Assembly: GCA_016192955.1 (NCBI GenBank)
Contig: JACPTD010000037.1
Location: 1 to 33,107, forward strand
From: Candidatus Woesearchaeota archaeon
GTDB taxonomy: Archaea > Nanobdellota > Nanobdellia > Woesearchaeales > GW2011-AR4
Direction: 5' to 3'
DNA: 33,107 nt
Position numbers and translations under genes: made by a program. The notes beneath the pieces were generated by a model, which was given only the letters and a program-made list of their open reading frames with translations, ran no database searches and was not told the origin of the DNA. Shown here piece after piece: positions 8,986 to 19,100 of the stretch. Numbering within the stretch: the stretch's first letter is position 1; every line of letters begins with the position of its first letter.

Positions 8986-11900
8986 ATGCTAACGGAAAAA
9001 TACACAAGAGAGATAATTGAAAAGGTGGAGAATTCTTACGAGATTGCAAACAAGGCAAGGTCAAAGGGATACGACCCTGAAGAAACAGTCAATATCCCGC
9101 TTGCTAAAAACATGGCAGAGCGCGTCGAAGGATTAGTGAGCGTGGCAGCACCGCAAATCATAAACAAAGGCATACCTAACAGGATCAAAGAGCTCGAAAA
9201 TGCCTATGGCAAGTTAGACTGGAGGGTCGCGCTTACAATTTCACTGGAAACCACACAGCAGAAATTCTGCACTTTTGAAACGCAAAAAGAAGCCATAGAA
9301 ACGGGCATAAGGGTAGGATTGGCTTACCTGACGCTCGGCATTGTGGCGTCTCCATTAGAGGGTTTTGTCGGACTGAAGCTTAAAAAAAGAAATGATGGGA
9401 AAGAGTACTTCTCTCTCATGTATTCCGGGCCCATAAGGAGCGCTGGCGGAACTGCCGGGGCTGTAAGTGTCATCATAGCCGATTACATAAGGAAGAGCAC
9501 AGGCTATTATACATACGATCCGTCTGAAAAAGAGATAAGAAGAATGGTTACTGAGCTTTATGATTACCACGAACGGATAACTAACTTGCAGTATCTTCCA
9601 AATGAAAAAGAAATAAGGTTTCTTGTGGCCAATTTGCCGGTCCAGATTGATGGAGACGCATCAGAGGAAATAGAAGTGTCTAACTACAAGGACATTGAAA
9701 GGATAGAAACAAATAAGATAAGGAGCGGGCCATGCCTTGTTATAGGTGAATGCATTGCGCAGAAATCAGCAAAAATATGGCCTCAGATTAAAAAGTGGGG
9801 AAATGATTTTGGGCTTGGGCACTGGAACTTTTTGCAGGAATTTGTGCAATTGCAAAAAGAAACAAAAGCAAAAGACAAATTCAAAATAGTAGGTCCGAGA
9901 AAAGCAGGATATCTAGGATCTTTAGAAAGAGGAGCTTATAATCGAACAACATCAGAGAGCACAAGTGCAATGAACTGTTTTGACACACCCACTAGCTGTT
10001 GGAGGATTCAGGCTAAGGTATGGGAGATGCAGGACATCTGGTTATTCAGCATCTGCAATACACCCTGCAACAATGATAATCTTAAACAAATACATCGCTA
10101 TAGGCACTCAGTTAAAAGTCGAAAGGCCAGGCAAAGCAACAGCAATCACAATTTGCGATTCTATAGAAGGTCCAATAGTAAAACTAAATGACAGCAGTGT
10201 ACTAAAGGTTGACAGCGAGCAAAAAGCAAAAGAAGTCTCAAGCTCCATCAAAGAAATCTTATTTTTAGGAGATATACTGATAAGCTATGGGGATTTTTTC
10301 AACAGAGCGCACACACTTGCTCCAGCCGGATATTGCGAGGAGTGGTGGCTGCTTGAGATCGAAAAAGCTGCGATAAAGTTATTTGGATCGCTTGATTACC
10401 TCAAGCTTTCAGAGCTGACAGGCACAGAGCAAAAACTACTGGAAAACATCTTTAAAGACGGCTTTTTTGAGAAGCCAGATGCAAGAACAGCCATAGCATT
10501 GAGCAAATGCCTTGGAGTTCCACTGCATCCTTACTACACTTATCACTGGAAAACAATATCAAAAGATGAATTTTTTGAACTGCTTAAGTGGCTAAGAGAT
10601 GCCGGCATAGAGTCAGATGGCGCAAGCATTAGCAAGATCATACTCCAAAAGAATGAAGCTGCAAAAAGAGCGCTTGAGCTGATTGGAGCTCCTCACCTTT
10701 TTGTCAATAATGAGTTCACAATAATAGAAAAGCAGGATGCAGAGATAATATGCTCATTATTCAAGCCCGATACAGACTTCTATGAGCAATGCAAAAATTC
10801 TGAAATCGAGGATGTGTTGGAGCTGATAAACTCAATTTCCGGAATAAATCTCAGAGACAAATCAGGGATATTCATCGGTGCGAGGATGGGCAGGCCTGAA
10901 AAGGCGAAGATAAGAAAGCTGGAAGGAGACCCTCATACAATATTTCCTGTTGGAAAGGAAGGGGGCAAGCTCAGGTCGTTCCAAAGCGCCTTTGAAACAG
11001 GAAGCATAGAAGCAGAGTTTCCAACATTTTTCTGCGGCAAGTGCAAAAAAGAGACAATTTTAAGCGTCTGCGAGCAATGTAGCACAAAAACAACAAGAAC
11101 AGGAAACTGCAGCGTATGCGGAATTGTTGAAGATGGGAAATGCAGGCACGGCGCATTTTCCACCTATAAGAATCAGCGCATAGACATTAATTACTATTTC
11201 AGGAGCATACTCCACAAGCTTGATATGCATCAATACCCTGATTTAATCAAGGGAGTAAGGGGAACATCAAATAAAAGCCATATTGTCGAGCATTTTGCAA
11301 AAGGAATCCTGAGGGCCAAGCACGACATATCCGTTAACAGGGACGGCACAACAAGGTATGATATGACACAGCTTCCTATAACCCATTTCAAGCCAAAAGA
11401 AATAGGCACATCAGTGGAAGAGTTAAGAAAACTCGGCTACGACAGCGACATTCATGGCAAAGAATTGACAGACCCGGAGCAAGTCTTGGAATTAAAATCA
11501 CAAGACATCATACTCCCAAAATGTGAAGATGCGCCTGAAGAAGGGGCAGATAAGATACTCTATAATGTAAGCTTGTTTGTTGACGAGCTTCTTGTTTCAT
11601 TATACAGCCTAAAGAAATTTTATAACCTGAAATCCGGAAGAGAGCTGGTCGGGCATTTGGTGGTGGCTTTGGCGCCGCACACGTCAGCAGGCATTGTCGG
11701 CAGGATAATAGGATTTTCCAAAACCCAGGCATTTTATGCCCATCCATTGTTTCACGCAGCTACAAGGCGGGATTGTGACGGCGATGAGGCTTCAGTCACA
11801 CTGCTAATGGACGTGTTGCTGAACTTTTCCAGGCAATTTCTTCCTAATTCAAGGGGAGCAACCCAGGATGCTCCTTTGGTGTTGACATCCAAACTTGTCC

Positions 11901-12523
11901 CTACGGAAGTTGATGACATGGTTTTTGATTTGGACGTTGCAAGTAATTACCCGATTGAGTTTTATGAGGCAACGCAGGAATTTGAGCTGCCTTGGAATGT
12001 CAAAATCACAAGGTTTGCAAATATATTAACCTCTGGAGGTGAGTATTCGCCAATCAATTACACTCATCCGGTCAGCAACATAAACTCAGGAGTCAAATGC
12101 TCCTCCTACAAGACAATACCCTCCATGGAGGACAAATTAAAGGGGCAGATGGAGCTTGCCGACAAGATAAGGGCAGTTGATGCAGCAGATGTCGCAAGGC
12201 TTGTCATAGAAAAGCACCTTTTAAGGGACATAAAAGGCAACTTAAGAAGATTTTCAACCCAGGAATTCAGGTGCAGCAGATGCACTGAAAAGTACAGAAG
12301 GCCGCCTTTGGCAGGCAAGTGCCTCGCTTGCGGCAGCAGGCTTATTTTCACGGTCACAGAAGGCTCGATAATAAAGTATCTAGAGCCGGCAATATCGCTT
12401 TCAGAAAAATACAACCTTCCGCCTTATCTCAGGCAGGTATTGGCACTGACAAAAGACAGGGTTGAAGGAGTCTTTGGAAAAGATAAGGATAAGCAGGAAG
12501 GGTTAGGTAGGTGGTTTGGGTAA
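8986..12523 (+). CDS. polC: DNA polymerase D large subunit DP2, interrupted near 9880-9974 and continuing in the +1 frame
   Basis: Frame 1 has ARSKGYDP, GIVASPLEG and GPIRSAGGT. Frame 2 from ~9977 has VLTHP..GGFRLRYGR, ARMGRPEKA, catalytic RRDCDGDE and a C-terminal Zn finger. Confidence 0.92.
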
Positions 12524-12600
12524 TTTTTTGTAATTAACCTATACGACATCTTTAGTTTTTCTGTCAGTTACGAAGTTCTGGAAAATTTTGTTCCGAAAAG

Positions 12601-12662
12601 TAAAAAATCGGCGTATAAATGACGGAGTCCCATATCAGTAACAAATTTAAGGGGTTTCGGGC
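12601..12662 (+). repeat. 62-bp perfect inverted repeat, left copy
   Basis: TAAAAAATCGGCGTATAAATGACGGAGTCCCATATCAGTAACAAATTTAAGGGGTTTCGGGC is the exact reverse complement of 13315-13376. Confidence 0.97.
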
Positions 12663-12702
12663 GATATATTTTTAAAGTTTGATGTAGTTCCATTAATTGA
12701 AG

Positions 12703-13311
12703 ATGCAACTGCAAGAAACAATTCAAATTCCAGAAAGAGTGGAACAGGCAATTGGATACGAAGCTTGGACAGCTTTAAGTTGGGCATTACACAATCAATG
12801 GGTTCAGGATTATAAGTGGTTATTTTCTGAAATGACTAAAAGTGATGTCGGTACACCTCGTACTGTTCAAACTATGCTTCATCTTAGTGATTTAATGAGA
12901 GCAACAGGCCAATTTTATACTTTTAGTGAGGAAGCAGATAGACCTAAAAATCAAAAAATAGGAACCCGTGGTTTACTAATGTTCACTCACAGAGTCAAAC
13001 CACATCAAGCTCAGGAATTCTACAAACTTATGGTTGAAGGATACTTATTAGGAACAGATTTTGTAAGTCCTTTATGGGTTATGAAACCAAATGGAAGAGG
13101 GAAATTACAGGATTTAGAACAGACGGGACTTGTTCAAGATGCTCATGGTTTGAATCAATTGGAAGGAGAATTAAGACGATATTGGGCAAGAAAGAACGGA
13201 ATAATTCAACCGCAAGACGCTGTTTTGACTAGAAGAGTAATTGATGATTTTGTGCAAACTTATAAGTTAAATGGACTTTCTGATAGATTGGCAGAGAAAT
13301 TAAACTTGTGA
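12703..13311 (+). CDS. Hypothetical protein (202 aa), cargo of the repeat-flanked cassette
   Basis: Open frame with TTTTTAAA at 12669-12676, 26 nt before ATG12703. A/T-ending codons look more frequent than in DP2. No motif recognised. Confidence 0.75.
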   Translation: MQLQETIQIPERVEQAIGYEAWTALSWALHNQWVQDYKWLFSEMTKSDVGTPRTVQTMLHLSDLMRATGQFYTFSEEADRPKNQKIGTRGLLMFTHRVKPHQAQEFYKLMVEGYLLGTDFVSPLWVMKPNGRGKLQDLEQTGLVQDAHGLNQLEGELRRYWARKNGIIQPQDAVLTRRVIDDFVQTYKLNGLSDRLAEKLNL

Positions 13312-13314
13312 TTA

Positions 13315-13376
13315 GCCCGAAACCCCTTAAATTTGTTACTGATATGGGACTCCGTCATTTATACGCCGATTTTTTA
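13315..13376 (-). repeat. 62-bp perfect inverted repeat, right copy
   Basis: Separated from the TGA of the cargo ORF by 3 nt. Exact reverse complement of 12601-12662. Confidence 0.97.
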
Positions 13377-13433
13377 TTGAATATAATCATTGTCAAACAG
13401 GTTAAACGGAAACCCAAGAAAAGAATCAAATCT

Positions 13434-13844
13434 TTATATCTTCGCCTTGACTATGTTCTTTGCGCCGCAGGCTGTGCACTTCATGTAGCTTAAGTCATCA
13501 TCTTTCTCTATCTTTGTGTCTGGCTTGCCGCATTCAAAGCAGAGCACAAACTCGTTTGCGTACTGCCTTACTTTCTCATTTATCCTGGAAGCGGGGACTT
13601 TTGTGCCGAGTATCAAGGCGCCGCTTTTCTTTATCTCGCCTGGAGTGGCAAGCTCCTTCAAGACATATTTGAGCAAATGATCAGAATCCCTTCTTAACAT
13701 TGAGGCTATCTGGAGAAAGTTTGTTATTATCGTCCTGTTGCCCTGTATATGGCCCAGAACTTTAGGTATCTCAAACCTTTCCTTGAGGAAAACAGCCTCT
13801 GGAAGGCTCTTCCTGACATCTTCAAGCATTTTCTTGTATTCCAC
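13434..13844 (-). CDS. eif2b: Translation initiation factor aIF-2 beta subunit
   Basis: ERFEIP, GNRTIITNF, LKELATPG, Zn ribbon CFECGKPDT...CTACGA. Confidence 0.95.
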   Translation of the reverse strand: MEYKKMLEDVRKSLPEAVFLKERFEIPKVLGHIQGNRTIITNFLQIASMLRRDSDHLLKYVLKELATPGEIKKSGALILGTKVPASRINEKVRQYANEFVLCFECGKPDTKIEKDDDLSYMKCTACGAKNIVKAKI

Positions 13845-13931
13845 TCAGATAAAGAACCACGCTTAATTTATAAATTTAATCATGGCATTTGATTCAAAAA
13901 ATATATAAATAAAACACATAAGTAAAAAGGG

Positions 13932-14768
13932 ATGGTAGTTGAGTCATTGCTAAACCCGTTCAAAGCCGAAAAAAACCCATGGGAAATGTTCTTTCTTGGT
14001 TTTTTGTACACGCTAATCGGGATATCATTGTCGCTCTGGATATTCAGGAGCGAGGCGAGTCTGGTGATGGTGTTCATGATAACAATAGCAGCCCTGCCTT
14101 TATTCTACAACACAACAAAGCTTGAGGAAAGCAAGGATATGATAATGGACAAAGAAACAGCCATTTTAAGGGAGCACAACAAGGCAATATCCTTTTTAAT
14201 GTACATGTTCATAGGAATCACTGTTGCGTGCGCCTTAAGCTACGCCTTGCTCCCAACACCTATAATAAACAGCCTTTTTGACAAGCAGACAAGCACCATA
14301 CAGACAATCAACAACCAGGTTTCAGGCAATGTAGTCCATAATTTAAGCATATTCGGAAAAATATTCTTCAATACATTTTCAATACTTTTTTCCTTTATTT
14401 ACGGAGCTGGCGCAATCTTTATTTTGGCGTGGAACGCCACAGTCATAGGGGCAGCAATCGGGAATTTTATAAGATCAAACATAAGCAGCTACACAAGCTC
14501 TCTTGGCATGCTCGGGGCAGGGAACTATTTTCATGTGTTTTCCATCGGGCTTTTAAAATACTCTGTTCACGGAATACCTGAAATAGCGGCTTATTTCTAC
14601 GGCGGACTGGCAGGAGGCATACTGTCAGTGGCACTGATAAGAAAGCACTTCAAGTCTGATAAATTCTCGAGGGTGATGGTTGACTTTTCAGAAATGGTTT
14701 TGATAGCAGCAGGATTCCTCATTGCAGCGGCTTTCCTAGAGGTTTATGTCACTCCTATTTTATTCTAA
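13932..14768 (+). CDS. SpoIIM/DUF95 family membrane protein
   Basis: Multi-TM protein with ILAWNATVIG, HGIPEIAAY and LIAAAFLEVYVTP motifs. Confidence 0.8.
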   Translation: MVVESLLNPFKAEKNPWEMFFLGFLYTLIGISLSLWIFRSEASLVMVFMITIAALPLFYNTTKLEESKDMIMDKETAILREHNKAISFLMYMFIGITVACALSYALLPTPIINSLFDKQTSTIQTINNQVSGNVVHNLSIFGKIFFNTFSILFSFIYGAGAIFILAWNATVIGAAIGNFIRSNISSYTSSLGMLGAGNYFHVFSIGLLKYSVHGIPEIAAYFYGGLAGGILSVALIRKHFKSDKFSRVMVDFSEMVLIAAGFLIAAAFLEVYVTPILF

Positions 14769-15389
14769 AACCTTCAGCTTGCCGGGCATTACCTCAAATA
14801 TATCGCCGTTTTCCAGAAGCCTGTTGATTACAGCCTCAGCTTTGCTGTTATCTGCTTTTTTTATCAGATCCTCAACAGAGACCCCTTCGCCAGCATCGAG
14901 TTTTTTGATCAATGAATAGATTTCATCGGCAGTTCCAGTGCTGGTATCCTCAACAATTTTATCGGAATTTTTCACCTCAATTCCAATTCCCCTACTTCCA
15001 AGCTCCAGTTTCCTCACATTCATCCATTCAAAATTGTTTATTTTTTTTAGAATCTCTGGAATCAGATATTTCTCATCATTAAAGTCCCTGATTTTGCCAA
15101 CAACCAGAACAGCGTCACCAACTTCTATACTTGAAAAGATATTGATGTTTTCGAAACTCCTCAATTGCATCCTTCCAGTCCCGTCATCTATGACAGCGCT
15201 GCTAAAGCCAGAGCTTTCAGGCTTATACACGACTGTCGCAATAATGTTGACTCTGGAGACGTTTATACCATTCAATTTAATGTAACCTGCTAAAATATCA
15301 TCCCTCACAAAGCTTCCGCTTAATATGTCAGAAATCCTGACTTTATACGCTGTCAGCCTCTGGAATTTTTTCTGTTCTAGCTCTGGCAT
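14760..15389 (-). CDS. RPA32-like ssDNA-binding subunit (OB fold plus C-terminal winged helix)
   Basis: AYKVRISDI, VSRVNIIATVV, IDDGTG, and C-terminal LLENGDIFEVMPGKLK. Confidence 0.8.
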   Translation of the reverse strand: MPELEQKKFQRLTAYKVRISDILSGSFVRDDILAGYIKLNGINVSRVNIIATVVYKPESSGFSSAVIDDGTGRMQLRSFENINIFSSIEVGDAVLVVGKIRDFNDEKYLIPEILKKINNFEWMNVRKLELGSRGIGIEVKNSDKIVEDTSTGTADEIYSLIKKLDAGEGVSVEDLIKKADNSKAEAVINRLLENGDIFEVMPGKLKVLE

Positions 15390-15547
15390 TTTACGCTAAT
15401 AAAATTTAATCTTTTTAACTCAAATTCCTCTATCACAAATGAGGTAGATATTACCAACTTTATGTCCAAGTCCTACAAATTCATTAAATATTTCTTCTTC
15501 CATTGCATTATTATCTCTAATTTTTAGAGAGTTTATTATTATAGCCC

Positions 15548-16138
15548 TTATGGGATATTCATTATTTTTGTGATTTTCTCTACATCAATCTCTTTTTTTG
15601 GGAGATTTTTATAATCTTTACTTTCTTTAATTTCATCAAAGATTACTTCTTCCCTTATTTTTTGAGCTTCTCTAGACTCTTTTGCTGATACGGTTCTTAA
15701 TTTAATCGGATTAACTATCTCAAAATCGTCTACAATGACTACTTGATATTCTGCTACATAATTTTCAATCCCCTTGCGGACTACAAGAATTTTCTTGAAT
15801 TTTTTAAATTGGATACAGGTATTATGGGTGTTGTGGATATTATATTTTGTTGCTAAATTAGTTGGTATTAAACAATTAATCACTAAATTTGTTTTTCTTA
15901 ATGGAAGATCAAAGAGTAAAAATAGAGAGTACCCTGAATTAATAGATTCTATAATCTCTTTTGTATGTGCTCGAGTATGTGGATTTAAGAAACCAACCAC
16001 CTCCAACTCGTATAAACTACCATATAAATCCTTTTTAGACTCTGCTATATCAACAAGTCTTTTAAAATTATTTTTTTGAACACTTTCGAAACTAGCCAAA
16101 GGTCTTTTTAAATACTCAGAAAATTCTTTTAATTCCAT
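15548..16138 (-). CDS. Hypothetical AT-rich protein, possibly frameshifted at its 3' end
   Basis: 196-aa ORF starting 17 nt after the MCM stop. An alternative frame stays open to 15420. Confidence 0.6.
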   Translation of the reverse strand: MELKEFSEYLKRPLASFESVQKNNFKRLVDIAESKKDLYGSLYELEVVGFLNPHTRAHTKEIIESINSGYSLFLLFDLPLRKTNLVINCLIPTNLATKYNIHNTHNTCIQFKKFKKILVVRKGIENYVAEYQVVIVDDFEIVNPIKLRTVSAKESREAQKIREEVIFDEIKESKDYKNLPKKEIDVEKITKIMNIP

Positions 16139-16155
16139 GATCTTAAAATACTAAC

Positions 16156-19100
16156 TTATATCCTTGACACAAATCCGCGTCTTGGTTCAAATATATCACC
16201 TGAGCGCTTCAATCTTTCCAAGGCCTCTTCAACATTGTCCTCGTCCAGTCCGCGGTTTTTCGCTTCTGCAACAACATCCTCTATCGGAATTGTCTTGCCA
16301 AGCTTTGATTCAAGCTCTGTTATTATGTCTTTCAAAACCAATATGTGGCTTCTTTGAGAAGCGCCAACACCAGTCGCTATCCTGTCTATGTCTATCTTAC
16401 CTGTTTCTTTGTCAAACCCGACCTGCATTAAGCAGTAATCAAGCAATTCTATGGCCTTTTTTGCATCCTTTCTTGTGACTCTGTCGTCAAGCCTGGCCCT
16501 TGCCGATGCCTCGCTTAGCCTTACCAGAGCTTCCAGCTGCCTTGCGGATATTGGTATTGTCCTTATACTTCCTTCGCCGCCTCCGCTTTTCCTCATTCTT
16601 AAATAAAATTCCTTGATTTCTTCCAAAGCGCCGTCAGTCAGCTTTGGGCTTACTTTCTGCCTTGCATAGGCAATATACTTTCTCAAAATATCTGTTGATA
16701 TTTCGGGTTCTTGGACATCCGGGCTTTGGTGAAGCGTCAGGATGTGCTTTGCCATTTTCTCATCTCTCGCCTCTTCCGGCAGGTCCTTGATTGGGAATAT
16801 AAGATCAAACCTATTGATTAAAGTTGGAGGCAAGTCAATCTGGTCTGCAATTATTCCATACGGATCAAACCTTCCAAATTTCGGGTTGGCCGCCGCCAAT
16901 ACTGTTGTTCTTGCTATCAAAGTTGCCTGGATGTTTGCCTTGCTTATGCTTACTGTGTTATGCAAAACCAAACCCTCGCTAATAAAAGTTCTTGTTGGTT
17001 CAACAGTCACATCATAAACCCATTTTACATTATCATTATTTATTTTCTCAACTTTTTTGACATAAACAAACCTTATATCAGAATAAATCAATTTTAAAAT
17101 ACCACTCATTTTAGCGCGAGCGTTGCTTATTTTTTCTTTCCCGACTTTTTTAACAAGACCCAACAAATGTAAATACCTTTCAGATGATGCTCTCTTTTCA
17201 ATGTTATATACAGTGCCAGCAGCCACGCCTAAACTTTTAGCAAGAATGCTTACTTCAATATTCAGCATTCTCCTAATCTTTCTTGAATCGCCAGAGTTGA
17301 TTAGCCCAAGGCACCTATCTATCTTCTCTTCAATATTTCTTAAATAGTTAATAACAATTTGTTTATGGGCATTGAAGCCTCTTTTTATATTGCTGTAGAA
17401 ATAACCATCGCTTAATCTAAAACTTTTGAGCAGAGAATTTACATCCATTAAAACCCCTCTTGGCAGGACATCCCTTTCATTTTTCCTGCCCTTGCTCAAC
17501 TCGTAGAACTTAGCCAATTTAGGCAACCTTTTATCGTCACTTTCAACAACCCATTCAATGAAAAATTTGAAACTTTCAGTGCCAGTGACGGTAACTTTAT
17601 AATAAGCTTTATCATTTCTCCTTTCCATGTCTATTTTGCTGAGAGTGTCATTCTGAAGCAATAAATCTTGGAAACCTTTCGCTAATTCAAAAGAAGAAGT
17701 TGAATAACCAAACCTTGTGCTATCAACAAAACCATCACCCTTGAAGGCCGCTTTTAAAAATTCCAATTGCAACTCTTTGTCAGCGCACCTTAAAACATTG
17801 TCAACATACTTATTTCTGGCGCCATTAACACTTCCATTGAAATTGGAAAGCATATAGTTGTAAAACGGGACAGAGCAAAGCCTTACAGTTGTTAGGTCTT
17901 TTTTTGCCCTTAATCTTCTATGCGCAAGCTGGACATTTGTATTAATCGTGGAATTGAAAGTCCTTCTAAATAAGGAGGATACATCATCTAATATCAAATG
18001 ATCTGTATTTGACACCCCGACTTCAGCGTATCTGTTTTTTTGGCTATGATAAGCATGACCTTCTGTCGTTATATAGCCAAGAAGCCTTGCAAAGTCGTTA
18101 TTTAGGTGACGCGGGAAGTTAATATTTTTATTGTTGAAATGAGTAAGTTCTGCGTCACTAAGCGTTATCTGCTCATTTTTAGTAGGCAGTTTTCTTGGGG
18201 CAGGCGCCAATAAACCAGTTTTTACACTCTCTGCAGGCATTTCTTGAATTCTTCCATCATAAAAAACAAATACTGGGTGCTCCGGAGTTACTGTTATTGA
18301 TCTTCCATTCGAATAGGTAATTTTAATAAAATTTTCTGGAGCTTTATGCCTGCTTACCATTGCTGCCTTTATCGGGAAAATTTTTTCGAAGTCGGTCGTT
18401 AAGAGCTCAACACCATCTACCTTTAATATCTCGCAGTCTTTTCCTAAGATAAGAGTATCTCTATTGCTCTCTATTAACTCATCCACAAAGTCTCCAATTT
18501 TGAAAACACTTCCATCTGCAAGCATTATATCTGTACTAGGGTGATAACTTTGATTTTCCAGTGCCTCATGCATTGCAGCCCTGTCCTCAGAGCTCATCTT
18601 GTCAAGCTCGTCAACGCAAACAAGGCCGTCGCTGCTTAAAACCATGGCGCCTGCCTCCAAAGCCCATCCCCTCAAGAATTCGTCCCTTACGACAGCAGCT
18701 GTGATGCCTGCAGCACTCACACCCTTTCCGCTCACATACCTTCCCTTAGGGGCGATCTGGGTGATTCTCTTAAGCAAAGCAGATTTTCCTGATCCAGGAT
18801 CTCCACAAAGCAAAATATGCATATCTCCCCTGCTTACTATCTTGTCCATTCTTACCTTTCTTACACCACCCATTAACTGAAGCAGCAGCGCTTCCTTTAT
18901 CTTTTCATAGCCATAGATTGAAGGCGCCATGGAATTCACAAGCTTTTCATATCCCTTTGGGTCGTTGGCTATCTCCAAAATTTCCTTTTCTTCCTCTTCT
19001 GTTATGCTCACCTCATAAAAAGTGTCTTCAGTCGGCTTGATGTAATTAGCTTCAATCATCAAATCAAACCTTGTGGATTTTGCGCCGCTTCTGGAGATTA

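Larger units (their letters stand above)
12601..13376. mobile_element. Candidate non-autonomous mobile or invertible single-gene cassette bounded by 62-bp inverted repeats
   Basis: The repeats tightly enclose a promoter and an orphan ORF between the convergent DP2 and aIF2-beta genes. No target-site duplication or transposase is seen. Confidence 0.6.

Noticed and set aside
9880..9974. Archaeal intron or programmed frameshift in DP2
   Set aside because: No bulge-helix-bulge or slippery site seen. Removing the segment would not restore the missing conserved residues.
9980..10191. C-terminal tail of ORF 8974-10191 as real protein
   Set aside because: Out-of-frame read-through over conserved DP2 coding sequence.
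13308..13493. 61-aa ORF MISPKPLKFVTDMG
   Set aside because: Translation of the inverted repeat running antisense into aIF2-beta.
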